A DNA stretch of 63,815 bases, filler included, from Octopus bimaculoides (Eukaryota): NCBI RefSeq assembly GCF_001194135.2. It is 4 parts of 2 records of this genome, joined end to end, with 100 filler letters (N's around TTAATTAATTAA, not from the genome) between each part and the next. Parts side by side here need not be neighbours in the genome. Positions count along the whole stretch, not along the records: positions 30,282 to 41,055 come from NC_068981.1; positions 41,156 to 52,395 come from NC_068998.1; 2 more parts are not named here. One strand, written 5' to 3'. Shown one piece after another: positions 39,701 through 52,045 of the stretch. The notes below the pieces were generated by a model. It made no database searches, was not told the origin of the DNA, and saw only the letters and a program-made list of their open reading frames with translations. Within the stretch, counting starts at the first letter, position 1; each line of letters starts with the position of its first letter. A program made the translations under genes and the position numbers.

Positions 39701-40732
39701 TGAGTATGTACGTGTGTGTATGTGTGTGTATGTGTGCACGTGTGTGTATGCATGCGCAAATATATATTACGTATTTATATATTGTATACACACATATTAC
39801 ACAGTGCATCCACGTATACATATACAAGCATACATTATATATATTCTTAGATAAGCATATGCACTGCATGTTAAGATATGTGTGTGGTATGTGTGTGTNN
39901 NNNNNNNNNNNNNNNNNNNNNNNNNNNNNNNNNNNNNNNNNNNNNNNNNNNNNNNNNNNNNNNNNNNNNNNNNNNNNNNNNNNNNNNNNNNNNNNNNNNN
40001 NNNNNNNNNNNNNNNNNNNNNNNNNNNNNNNNNNNNNNNNNNNNNNNNNNNNNNNNNNNNNNNNNNNNNNNNNNNNNNNNNNNNNNNNNNNNNNNNNNNN
40101 NNNNNNNNNNNNNNNNNNNNNNNNNNNNNNNNNNNNNNNNNNNNNNNNNNNNNNNNNNNNNNNNNNNNNNNNNNNNNNNNNNNNNNNNNNNNNNNNNNNN
40201 NNNNNNNNNNNNNNNNNNNNNNNNNNNNNNNNNNNNNNNNNNNNNNNNNNNNNNNNNNNNNNNNNNNNNNNNNNNNNNNNNNNNNNNNNNNNNNNNNNNN
40301 NNNNNNNNNNNNNNNNNNNNNNNNNNNNNNNNNNNNNNNNNNNNNNNNNNNNNNNNNNNNNNNNNNNNNNNNNNNNNNNNNNNNNNNNNNNNNNNNNNNN
40401 NNNNNNNNNNNNNNNNNNNNNNNNNNNNNNNNNNNNNNNNNNNNNNNNNNNNNNNNNNNNNNNNNNNNNNNNNNNNNNNATATATAAGTAAGAATCAGTT
40501 GAACTTGATACTTAGAATGTGGCACCTCGATAGGTCGGAATAGTATCATGTTAATATCAGACTTGTTACATAAGTACCGACAGAATGATATTCTTGCAGT
40601 GCATGTAGACAATTAGACCCAGCTGAATGACAAAATCCGTTCTCGTGCTATTTAAACTTTTACATTGTATTAAATATACGGTCCATAATATTTACGAAAG
40701 GCAGATTCCGAGAGAGATGAATAAAATATGAG

Positions 40733-40848
40733 TAACGGTAGAGGTACAAGTGTCAATCCATTACGGCCGTTTCTGACGACTCCTTTAATCATTTAAAAGA
40801 GTCGTTAGAAACGGCTGCAGTGGATTGACATCCTTACCTCTACTGTTA
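40733..40848. repeat. Fold-back palindrome (~55-bp arms)
   Basis: TAACGGTAGAGGTA...GACGACTCCTTTAA pairs with TTAAAAGAGTCGT...TACCTCTACTGTTA. Confidence 0.9.
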
Positions 40849-40866
40849 TGCAATATATATATATAT

Positions 40867-40962
40867 AATAAAAGAAGGAAAATGCACACAATTTACATAG
40901 TTTTAATATATTTTTAAATATATTAAAACTATGTAAACTGTGTGAATTTTCCTTCTTTTATT
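40867..40962. repeat. AT-rich fold-back palindrome (~47-bp arms)
   Basis: AATAAAAGAAGGAAAAT...TTTAATATATTT pairs with AAATATATTAAA...ATTTTCCTTCTTTTATT. Confidence 0.9.
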
Positions 40963-41023
40963 TTATATATATTTCATTACAACTCACCACGTGGGGATAA
41001 TCGAAATTCTCCTCCACCCTTCT

Positions 41024-41055
<32 letters not shown>

Positions 41056-41451
41056 NNNNNNNNNNNNNNNNNNNNNNNNNNNNNNNNNNNNNNNNNNNNT
41101 TAATTAATTAANNNNNNNNNNNNNNNNNNNNNNNNNNNNNNNNNNNNNNNNNNNNATATATACATATATGGATAGATATGCGTGTGTATGAACGTATTAG
41201 TATGCCCGTGCCGTCAAAGGTGAAGCATCTTAAACGAGACAATTCTATGTTATGTAATAAATGCGTCAACATAGATATATAATATATTTGATATTTTAAA
41301 CCGAATAAATGAAGAAATGGAAGAATAAATAAAGTAAAGAAGAATAAATGAAGCTTTTTTGAAGATAGTTTGACGGAGTGGAACCAAAGAAAATCAAATA
41401 TGACAGTTTTATACAAGTTTGAAATAATGTTAATATTCTATTGAGGTTATA

Positions 41452-42003
41452 TGGCGAGCTGGCAGAATCATTAGCACTCCAGACAAAAATGCTTAGCGGC
41501 ATTTCGTCCGTCTTTACTTCTGAGTTCAAATTTCACTGAGGACGAAGTTGTCTTTTATCCTTTTAGAGCCGATAAAATAAGCACCAGTTGAGCACTAGGG
41601 TCGATGTAATCGTCTTACTCCTCCCCCAACAACTGATGGCCATGTGCTAAATTTTGAAACCAATATTTTTTTGAGGTTAGAGCAACAATTATTCTCCATT
41701 TAATTGTTGAGGATTTCTGCAACTTATATTTTCTCAAATCATTGTCGAATTTATGCCGTCGAAAATGGCTGCGATTTATGCCTATATTGGTTTCAAAATT
41801 TTGGTACAATACCAGCAATTTCGGGGAATTGGTTTAGTTGAATACATCGATCCCAGAGTTCAACTGGTATGTATTTTATCAATCCCAAAAGTATGAAAGG
41901 CTAAGTCGACCTCGATGGAATATGAACTTAGAACGTAAAGCCAGATGAAATGCTGCTAAGCATTTTGTCCGGCTTCGTAAAGATTCTGCCAGTTCACCGA
42001 CTT
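41452..42003. mobile_element. Inverted (tail-to-tail) pair of SINE B copies
   Basis: 41452-41667 on + and 41784-42003 on -. Confidence 0.88.
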
Positions 42004-42056
42004 CATTTATACTTATATCAAAGGTTATTTATATTTCTGACTGATTCCAAGAGAAA

Positions 42057-42915
42057 TAGGCGCAGGCGTAACTGTGTGGTAAGAAGCTCGCTTCCTTACC
42101 ACATGGATCCGGGTTCATTACGATTGCGCNNNNNNNNNNNNNNNNNNNNNNNNNNNNNNNNNNNNNNNNNNNNNNNNNNNNNNNNNNNNNNNNNNNNNNN
42201 NNNNNNNNNNNNNNNNNNNNNNNNNNNNNNNNNNNNNNNNNNNNNNNNNNNNNNNNNNNNNNNNNNNNNNNNNNNNNNNNNNNNNNNNNNNNNNNNNNNN
42301 NNNNNNNNNNNNNNNNNNNNNNNNNNNNNNNNNNNNNNNNNNNNNNNNNNNNNNNNNNNNNNNNNNNNNNNNNNNNNNNNNNNNNNNNNNNNNNNNNNNN
42401 NNNNNNNNNNNNNNNNNNNNNNNNNNNNNNNNNNNNNNNNNNNNNNNNNNNNNNNNNNNNNNNNNNNNNNNNNNNNNNNNNNNNNNNNNNNNNNNNNNNN
42501 NNNNNNNNNNNNNNNNNNNNNNNNNNNNNNNNNNNNNNNNNNNNNNNNNNNNNNNNNNNNNNNNNNNNNNNNNNNNNNNNNNNNNNNNNNNNNNNNNNNN
42601 NNNNNNNNNNNNNNNNNNNNNNNNNNNNNNNNNNNNNNNNNNNNNNNNNNNNNNNNNNNNNNNNNNNNNNNNNNNNNNNNNNNNNNNNNNNNNNNNNNNN
42701 NNNNNNNNNNNNNNNNNNNNNNNNNNNNNNNNNNNNNNNNNNNNNNNNNNNNNNNNNNNNNNNNNNNNNNNNNNNNNNNNNNNNNNNNNNNNNNNNNNNN
42801 NNNNNNNNNNNNNNNNNAAAACAAAATTGTCCTGGGATCTATTTGTTCGACTAAAACTCTTCAAGGCGGGGTGCCCCAGCATGACCGCAGTCAAAATTAC
42901 CGAAACAAATAATAG
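42057..42915 (+). mobile_element. SINE A head and tail on either side of an N gap
   Basis: Head at 42057-42129 and tail at 42818-42915; the middle is unsequenced. Confidence 0.7.
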
Positions 42916-43627
42916 ATAAAAGACAAACGCGAGAAATCCTGCGGAATTTATTCCCCTACAATTTTATTACTTTTGATTCATTCGTGAACAATAACGCTGA
43001 AAAAAAAAAACCCTTGAAAATTTTCATCTACAAAAGGAACTGATATCATGACTCTTTTTTGTTGTTCTACCACTGAAATTATGTCAACAATAAATAAAGA
43101 ATAATTTGATACAGTGCTTCTGAATTTTTTTTTTTTTTTCAACTACCAAGCCTATTCCTTTACTAACACCTTTGTAATGCCTCCTTGCTACAATTCAACG
43201 CCCTTCCATTTTTAATGTGTATATACATAATATCAAACCAGAACAATATATTTCCGTGTCCGAGTTTGACGCGAGTGACTACTTAAACGCAGCAGCACCC
43301 CATTATGAGCGAACATTTGTTGCATCACCACTTGACCTTCGTTACTGACCCAACCTTTAGCAAAGTGTTTCTCAAGGTGGGGTTCACGCCTGTGAAACAT
43401 AATAATATTCTGGTGGTGCGTAGGACTTCAAAATGGGGCATAAGTAACAAATGAATATAACTTGAAATAAAGTTTCAATTAAAACTTCAAATATGCATGC
43501 ATGTATGTATGTATGTATGTATGAATGTATGTATGTATGCATGTATGCATGTATGTGTATATGTACATATATAGAAAGTTGAAACAAATACTACAAAGAT
43601 TCTGTCTAATGCCAAAAATCTTAAATA

Positions 43628-44117
43628 CGAGGTGTGTTCAAAAATTAAACCGACCCTTAAACATAAAAAGAACAACCATTTTGTACCTTTCACAAATTTT
43701 ATTTAATCACCTTCAAAATACTCCCTTTGGGAGTTCATAAACTTCTCCCAGTTGTTCTGCCACTGCTGGCGACACCTCTAGAACGCCTTCTCTGGAATGA
43801 TATGGAGCTCCGTCGTCGCTTTTCTCATAATTTCGTCTCGCGACAGAAATCGCTTACCTTTCAACGTGGTTTTCGGTCTAGGGAAGAGCCAGAAGTCACA
43901 CGATGCCAAGTCGAGAGAGTAGGGAGCCTGTTGAACAAATGGTGTGTTGTTCTTGGCCAGGAAAGCTTGGATAATGTGGGCGGAATGAACGGACGCATTG
44001 TCGTGGTGAAGTTGCCAATATTTCGCCACCCACATGTCCGGTTGCTTTCGACGCACAGCATGACGAAGCCAACGTGTAACCTACAGGTAGTATTTCTTAT
44101 TGATTGTTTGACCACGA
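43628..44117 (-). mobile_element. mariner transposon 3' portion (DD34D transposase C-terminus)
   Basis: WQLHHDNASVH, APYSLDLASCDFWLFP...LKGKRF and EYFEGD; terminal TA|CGAGGTGTGTTCAAAAA at 43626. Confidence 0.9.
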
Positions 44118-44476
44118 GAGTCAAAGAAACAGGTCCCTTTCTGCTTGGCGCCAGCGATCCCAACATCGCTATTAAGATACAAGACTACAACAGCTCGGGT
44201 TTCAAGGGACCACAGCTCTTCAATATCCTCGCAAAAAGTTTGAGAAACTTACATGGAGTGGATGTGGGTGTCTTTGAAACAAAACTGGATCTCTTCTTGT
44301 CAAGAATTCCAGATTAAACTACCTGGGGACAGGAGTTGCAAATGAGAGAACCAACGTCAAATTCCCTCATTCTCCACATGCCACACATCAGAGGAGGTTT
44401 GAAGTGATGAAAGCGCAGCGAAACTAAAGGCAGTACCCACAGCATAAACGCAGTTCTGAGCTGAAACTAATAAAAA
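44118..44476 (+). mobile_element. CR1-like LINE 3' end
   Basis: SSGFKGPQLFNILAKSLRNLHGVDVGVFETKLDLFLSRIPD, then a short 3' UTR ending CAGCATAAACGCAGTTCTGAGCTGAAACTAATAAAAA. Confidence 0.8.
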
Positions 44477-44594
44477 CGTAAAACACAAAGAGCATACGCG
44501 CACACACACCACACACACATACACACACATACATACATGTCTATATTAGATAAACACACTATATATGCATACTAAATATACATAGATACACACG

Positions 44595-44639
<45 letters not shown>

Positions 44640-44642
44640 TGT

Positions 44643-44951
44643 AAAAATCATTTTACATGTTCTTCAAGGAATTTAATACACGCTATCAAATGACAAGGAT
44701 GTAATGAAGATTACATAGGTCAAACAAAGCTTACTCTAAGAAATAGACTCACCATTCACCAACAACAAATACGATATCCCAGTACTAGACAAACTCCCCT
44801 GAGTGGACACATAGACATATGTAGAAAAAATAAGTCCCCCAAATTCTAGGTCTTCGCCCTCTACCTTTGTTCAATGAATACCACAGATGAAGCACCGATA
44901 AACAAAGAAAATACTTTCATACAAAACTACAAACCAAGTCTTAAACTTTAA
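44643..44951 (+). mobile_element. Penelope-like element GIY-YIG endonuclease domain (pseudogenic)
   Basis: Hand translation (absent from the ORF track): KNHFTCSSRNLIHAIK*QGCNEDYIGQTKLTLRNRLTIHQQQIR...KENTFIQNYKPSL. This fits the PLE GIY-YIG pattern N-x-I-Y...C-x-x-C...YIG-x-T...R...H. Confidence 0.85.
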
Positions 44952-46013
44952 CAGAGTACATACACAAATAACTATTCACACACAAAACTCATGCTGCCGC
45001 TTAACATGAACCTGCACAGCTAACAACCTAAACTTTAGCCACTAGACTACACACAAATGACTCCTGTCCACTCTACCCCTGGCAGATTAAATTTAGAGTG
45101 CCTTGATTGTAGCTAAACGTGTCGGCCTTCATTTTAGGTGCAAAATATACTGCCACGTGACTACGCACGGACGCAGCGGGAAATGTACCAGAGTTCTAAT
45201 CTTAATCACGTGTTCATTTTCTATAAACACTTGACAGAAAACATTCAGAGCATTGATTGTTTGGTACTGTCACTAGACACGTTCAGTCAAACGCGTCAGC
45301 CTTAACTTACGACACCAAACATTGTCACTTGATATTAACACGGACGAAGCGGAAAACCTACAAAAATTTCTAAGATTAGTCATGTGATTATCCTCTACCA
45401 ATCAAGTCCTATTCAAATCATACACTAATTTGAGCCATAAACCCCCTTTGAAAATAGGGCAGGCATCAAACACTAGTCAGAAGGAAAACAGCTGTGACAC
45501 AAGCCACATCTTTTCATTTCAACTTTTTGAAAAGCAGCGTAATCACTGAAACCGGTTAAATCTTTAATTGTAAACAAATNNNNNNNNNNNNNNNNNNNNN
45601 NNNNNNNNNNNNNNNNNNNNNNNNNNNNNNNNNNNNNNNNNNNNNNNNNNNNNNNNNNNNNNNNNNNNNNNNNNNNNNNNNNNNNNNNNNNNNNNNNNNN
45701 NNNNNNNNNNNNNNNNNNNNNNNNNNNNNNNNNNNNNNNNNNNNNNNNNNNNNNNNNNNNNNNNNNNNNNNNNNNNNNNNNNNNNNNNNNNNNNNNNNNN
45801 NNNNNNNNNNNNNNNNNNNNNNNNNNNNNNNNNNNNNNNNNNNNNNNNNNNNNNNNNNNNNNNNNNNNNNNNNNNNNNNNNNNNNNNNNNNNNNNNNNNN
45901 NNNNNNNNNNNNNNNNNNNNNNNNNNNNNNNNNNNNNNNNNNNNNNNNNNNNNNNNNNNNNNNNNNNNNNNNNNNNNNNNNNNNNNNNNNNNNNNNNNNN
46001 NNNNNNNNNNNNG

Positions 46014-46479
46014 GATTGCTGTTCCTGTTGGACTACTGTTCCTGTTGGATCTGCCTTTCCTGCACCTTGATTGAACATCAGCAAAATTTATCCGTGACTC
46101 TTACACTTTTTTCCACTTTTTTCGACTTGTTTCACCTTTATCTCGTTCTCCTTCTACCTATCTCGTCCTTCCCTTGTCTCGCCACTAATAACACCCACAC
46201 CGACATTCACATCCTCTCACCATGCCTGACCTTCACTCCTTCCTCCAACATCTTCAGTCCCTTCTTCGCCGTTTTCTTTCTTTTTTTCCCCCACAATGCT
46301 TGCAATCCACAAAAAACCTCTCTTTTTCCCTTCTCCGAACTTTCCGTCTTTCCGACGAAGGGCTCCGCCCGAAACGTCATACTCTCTCCCCTTCCTTTCC
46401 CGAGCGTCCAATAACACTATCCGTATCACGTCCTTACTTTGTTGTTTTTTTGTTATTGTTTTTTGTGTTTTTTTTTTAA
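46014..46479 (+). mobile_element. Penelope-like 3'/pLTR-type segment with an HHR-like core
   Basis: Contains CCGACGAAGGGCTCCGCCCGAAACGTC. The segment 46331-46479 is homologous to 13210-13357, and it ends in a T-rich tail followed by (TA)n. Confidence 0.55.
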
Positions 46480-46482
46480 CGT

Positions 46483-46519
<37 letters not shown>

Positions 46520-46791
46520 CATGCATATTGAGAGAAAGAGAGAGTGTGTATAAGAAGCAGTTATGAATATACATGTGTATGTATATTTTACCGACAACTC
46601 TTTGTTTTGAGAAAGATTGACCAGACTAACTAAAGTAACCTTGATAATGAGTTTAACTTCCCCAGAAAATTTTCCAGGTTACCTTGACCTTCATTTTTAC
46701 CTCATTCTGAACTCCAATTTGTCACTGCTGAACTGCAATAAGTCTTCTTGCGAAGCGTAACACCACAAGCTAAATAACTTACACACACACA

Positions 46792-46825
<34 letters not shown>

Positions 46826-46838
46826 TTCTCTCTCTGAT

Positions 46839-46869
<31 letters not shown>

Positions 46870-47281
46870 CACACACACACACACACATACACACACAAGT
46901 GTGTACGTGTGTGCTAGAGTGTGTGTGCTTGTGAGTACGCCTTATATAAATACATAAACACATAAATTGCAAACAGATGTCTGTCTATATAATTTGACTA
47001 TTTTCAAATATGTTCATATTTTTTTTCACGCCTACTTATGTATAATATTGTACATTTACTTGGAGGACCTTTCATTACCACATTCGCAAATACGGTGGGA
47101 GAGTCTATGCATAGCAGTGGCGGCTTAATAAAGCCGGAACATGGCCAGAGCTGTCGAAATGATCGAAATATTTGTTAGTATTTGGAGCTGATGTTCGTAC
47201 TATACGTTCCTATTATAATTTGCTGTTATAATTATCGTCGTTGCTGTAATCATCATCATCATCCTTCTCCTTCCCCTCTTT

Positions 47282-47357
<76 letters not shown>

Positions 47358-47546
47358 GCAGCATCACTTCTACCACCACGATCACCACCACTATCATTAC
47401 CAGCACCATCATATATGTATAGTATACCTTGATATATAAATAGATGCATGTATGTGTATACATACATACATATATGTATGTATGTATACACACATATATG
47501 TATGTATGTATATATACATATATATATATATGTATGTATGTGTATA

Positions 47547-47614
<68 letters not shown>

Positions 47615-47629
47615 CATATCTTCTTTTAC

Positions 47630-47843
47630 TCTTACTCTTTTACACGTTTCAGTCATTTAACTGCGGTCATGCTTCACCATCGACTTTAGTCAAAGAAATT
47701 GACCCCAGGATTTATGCTTTGTAAACCTAGTACTTATTCTATTGATCTCTTAGGCCGAACCGCTAAGTTTCGGGTACATCAACACACTAACATCGATTAT
47801 CAAGTGATGATGGAGGGCCAAACACAGACACTAACACGCATAA

Positions 47844-47874
<31 letters not shown>

Positions 47875-48010
47875 TGTATGTATGTATGCATATATATATA
47901 TACAACGGGTTTGTTTCAGTTTCCGTCTACCAAATTCATTCACAAGGCTTTGGTCAGCCTGAGCTTTGCCCAGGATGTCACGCAGCGGGACTGAACCTGG
48001 AACCATGTGA
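47630..48010 (-). mobile_element. SINE A, nearly full length
   Basis: Tail, (TATG)n centre and partial head. Confidence 0.85.
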
Positions 48011-48234
48011 ATTACAATAACAAAGGACAAAATTTTTTTTTCAAAAATTTTATCAGTGGCCAGCATATAAAAAAGACCGATTAGGGTGAAAGTATAAATA
48101 TAATTATAATTAAGGGCATAGAAATAAATTTTCTGCCCTATATGCTGAAAAAATATACGCTAAATCGTCTTACCACTTAAGAAGTCACAAATTTACACAC
48201 GTGTTGAAATCGAGGTAACAAGGTAACGGAAATT

Positions 48235-49115
48235 TATATAGCTCAAATCAACAAAGCAATGGTATAGGGCAAGATTCTGTTCAATGCACTTTTCTTGCAA
48301 TTGCCTGATAGTAAAGATACAATCAGCTATGCTCCCTTTGGAGCAAAAACCACACTGAGACTCGGACACCATATTTGGAACAATGAAGGTCTAACAAAAT
48401 GAAGGTAAGTACCTTTCCAACCACAGACAAAAGCGAAATCTCACGAAAATTACCTCACAGATCCTTTGGCCCCTATTTATACATGGAGACTAAAATGGCA
48501 TCAATCCAGTCTTGAGGCGCTTTCTCAGTTCTCCAACAGTAACAAATTAATATATTTAAGAGTTCAAACATTTTGTCACACCCATATTTCAAGACTTCTT
48601 CACAAATTCCATCAGACCCTGGAGACTTACTGTTACTCAGTTTATTTACAGCTAAATAAATGTCATTTAAATTTGGTTCAAATGCCATCTCTTCTATAAC
48701 TGGAAGGTGTTCGATTTTTTTCTATCATTCTCATGTCAGCGGATGATGGTCTCTTCAAAAATGCAGAAAAATGTTCTTCTCAGCGTTAATGAATAGAGGC
48801 AGTGTCAGTTAGAAGCAAACGCTCATTTGCTGTTCTCACTGGAGCTATTGAAGAAGATTTTGGGCCATATACCTCCTTAGCATAAAAGTACAAACCCTTG
48901 GCATCATTTCTATCAGCTGCTTCTTGTGCCCCTTTTGCTCTATCATTCCACAATTCTTGTTTAGTCTTCCTTAGAGCAGTCTGCATTTTCCCTTTCAGTT
49001 TTCTGTAAGCTTTGTTTGAGTTGGGGTTCAAGGACTGAGAAAGAAGTGTAGTGCCTAAGTTTTGTTTTCCTAAATGTAGATCATGAATTTCTGCTGATCT
49101 ATCTGAGAACCAGTC
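48235..49115 (-). mobile_element. RTE-clade (BovB-like) LINE, internal fragment
   Basis: QEAADRNDAKGLY...EVYGP, KSPGSDGICEEVLK, PQDWIDAILVSMYK and ESQCGF...DCIFTIRQLQEKCIEQNLALYHCFVDL. Confidence 0.92.
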
Positions 49116-50127
49116 ACTGAATATAAAAAGGTAAAAGATATGTAATTTAAAAATATAAATGAAGTAAGATTCAAACATAAATAATATATAAATAAAAGTA
49201 AAACTATACATACATATACATATAAGAATTAAAAAAGATATATATACATTTTTACAGATATTTTGTTGGATGTCCGTTGACTGCTCATAAGTTACTCCNN
49301 NNNNNNNNNNNNNNNNNNNNNNNNNNNNNNNNNNNNNNNNNNNNNNNNNNNNNNNNNNNNNNNNNNNNNNNNNNNNNNNNNNNNNNNNNNNNNNNNNNNN
49401 NNNNNNNNNNNNNNNNNNNNNNNNNNNNNNNNNNNNNNNNNNNNNNNNNNNNNNNNNNNNNNNNNNNNNNNNNNNNNNNNNNNNNNNNNNNNNNNNNNNN
49501 NNNNNNNNNNNNNNNNNNNNNNNNNNNNNNNNNNNNNNNNNNNNNNNNNNNNNNNNNNNNNNNNNNNNNNNNNNNNNNNNNNNNNNNNNNNNNNNNNNNN
49601 NNNNNNNNNNNNNNNNNNNNNNNNNNNNNNNNNNNNNNNNNNNNNNNNNNNNNNNNNNNNNNNNNNNNNNNNNNNNNNNNNNNNNNNNNNNNNNNNNNNN
49701 NNNNNNNNNNNNNNNNNNNNNNNNNNNNNNNNNNNNNNNNNNNNNNNNNNNNNNNNNNNNNNNNNNNNNNNNNNNNNNNNNNNNNNNNNNNNNNNNNNNN
49801 NNNNNNNNNNNNNNNNNNNNNNNNNNNNNNNNNNNNNNNNNNNNNNNNNNNNNNNNNNNNNNNNNNNNNNNNNNNNNNNNNNNNNNNNNNNNNNNNNNNN
49901 NNNNNNNNNNNNNNNNNNNNNNNNNNNNNNNNNNNNNNNNNNNNNNNNNNNNNNNNNNNNNNNNNNNNNNNNNNNNNNNNNNNNNNNNNNNNNNNNNNNN
50001 NNNNNNNNNNNNNNNNNNNNNNNNNNNNNNNNNNNNNNNNNNNNNNNNNNNNNNNNNNNNNNNNNNNNNNNNNNNNNNNNNNNNNNNNNNNNNNNNNNNN
50101 NNNNNNNNNNNNNNNNNNNNNNNNNNN

Positions 50128-51110
50128 TGTCCCATTGCATAATTTAGGAAGATCTAAAGTTTTTAGAAGCATTATTGGGACTCCAACCTTCATAAAAAGC
50201 TTATGTGGAGGAATTCCAGGTGGCTCAAGAGAATTAAGGAACTCTGTTGGATAATGGACAGCTTAATTTTCGTTAAGGACTGAATCAACTGATTTGTACT
50301 TCTTAATGACTGTTGGAATCTTATTCATTAATTCATGGGTAATCCTTGCTACTGTCTCATTTTTGGGAGTAAGAATTGCCCTTTCACACAACCATTTATG
50401 TGAATTATAATTATTACTTTAAGTTTGGAAATACCCTGTGCTTCAATTCAGTTAGGGAATTCACCATGATAGCACTATGAGCCAAACTGATATCACCATT
50501 CCCATCAAATGGTACTTTCCCCATTTCCTAATTGGAGGAGCCAGATTGAAAACTGTTTTGCACATTGGTCCCCATGTAATGAAGTTTGCACGTTAGTAAT
50601 GAAGGAGAATTTCATTACTTTATTCAATAGGTATGAAGACTTAATGCATGCTTTTATTTCATCAGATCTTGTTCATCTCAGAATGACTGGTGATGTCCGT
50701 CTGAAGTCTCCTGATAAAGCTAATGTAACTCCTCTCATAGATATATTGTTACCTGTTATGTCCTGTAAAGGTCTTACCAAGAGCTTCCATTGCACCTCTA
50801 TGTGACATGGTGCATTCATCCCAATCGATAAGGTGGTATTGGTACAACACTTCTGCTGAACCTGAATCTTTCCTTATGTTACAAACTGGACTGTCACTTG
50901 TGACCAGGTTTAGTGGTAACTTAAAAGCAGAATGAACTGTTCGTCATCCTGGGAGAATGGTGGCAGCAAAGCCAGATGATGCTATAGCAACTGCAATTGT
51001 TTTTTGTTGCCTTACATTGGAGAGAAGTAATGTTGTTACAAATGTTTGACCTGTGCCACCAGGAGCACCAAGAAAATTCCTCTGTTTTTTTCTGACGATT
51101 GCGGAACGCC
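50128..51110 (-). mobile_element. Helitron RepHel PIF1-type helicase region (pseudogenic)
   Basis: APGGTGQTFV (Walker A-like), AIASSGFAATILPG*RTVHSAFKLPL, DECTM (Walker B), GDFRQT and [21 protein letters not shown]. Confidence 0.92.
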
Positions 51111-51271
51111 ACACACACACACATATATACATACAGTATCAAACATCAGAAGAAATGGACGTGTGTGTGTGTGAGAAAGAGAGAGAGAGAGTGAGTGAGT
51201 GAAGGAGTGTGTTGTCATGTATACGTACATACATAAATAACTTGGCTTACAACTTTCTTGTATGTATGTGC

Positions 51272-51306
<35 letters not shown>

Positions 51307-51879
51307 GGAGAGAGAGAGAGCCACTTAGACATCACTCTTTCTCTTTCTCTCTCTCTCACACACACATACATACACAAAAGATGTATGCATATGTATTTAT
51401 GTATGTACCTATACATGACAACACACCCATTCACTTACACACATACACAGACTCACACACGTACATAAATGTATACAAATATGCATAAAAAAACACACGT
51501 GTGGATGTGTGGCTGACTGCAAATACATAGAGCTGAACACGGCGTGAAAAATAAAATAAAATAAAAAATTCTTTCAGTAATTTATCGTAGTTGTTTACAA
51601 ATAGCGAATCTAAAACTTGAAATGAAAACATTAAAATTAGACAGGGACTGACTTCGCCGTTTTTACGTCAATACCGGAAGTTGATATTGAGAAACCTTTT
51701 TAAAGAACTGAATCATAAATATAAGGCAGCATTTTTTATTTTTAAAACAAACAAAAAAATCAAATAAAAAGCCTATAACTTGTCCGAGGTGGAATTATTC
51801 ATGCATCACAAGTATGGAAGCATTTGGTGAAGCCGTTTTCGCGTGAAAAGTGGATACGCTCACATCTCTATTTTATATA

Positions 51880-51930
<51 letters not shown>

Positions 51931-51945
51931 NNNNNNNNNNATATA

Positions 51946-51982
<37 letters not shown>

Positions 51983-52045
51983 TGTGCATAGATATAAAAT
52001 ATGAGTGTATGTATTAGTGCGTGTGTCCATGTGTCTGTGTATGAA

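Noticed and set aside
39700-42912. Long ORFs of 200-449 aa in the track (also at 22.1-22.9, 35.5-36.4, 45.5-46.1 and 48.8-50.3 kb)
   Set aside because: Their length comes from N-gap read-through and simple repeats.
47182-47439. polyH/polyQ ORF resembling a transcription-factor low-complexity region
   Set aside because: It is a translation of (CAT)n(CAG)n embedded in other microsatellites, with no domain and no convincing splice sites.
48300-48412. Apparent plus-strand exon ending AAG|GTAAGT
   Set aside because: It is the antisense of the RTE RT domain (ESQCGF...QEKCIEQN).
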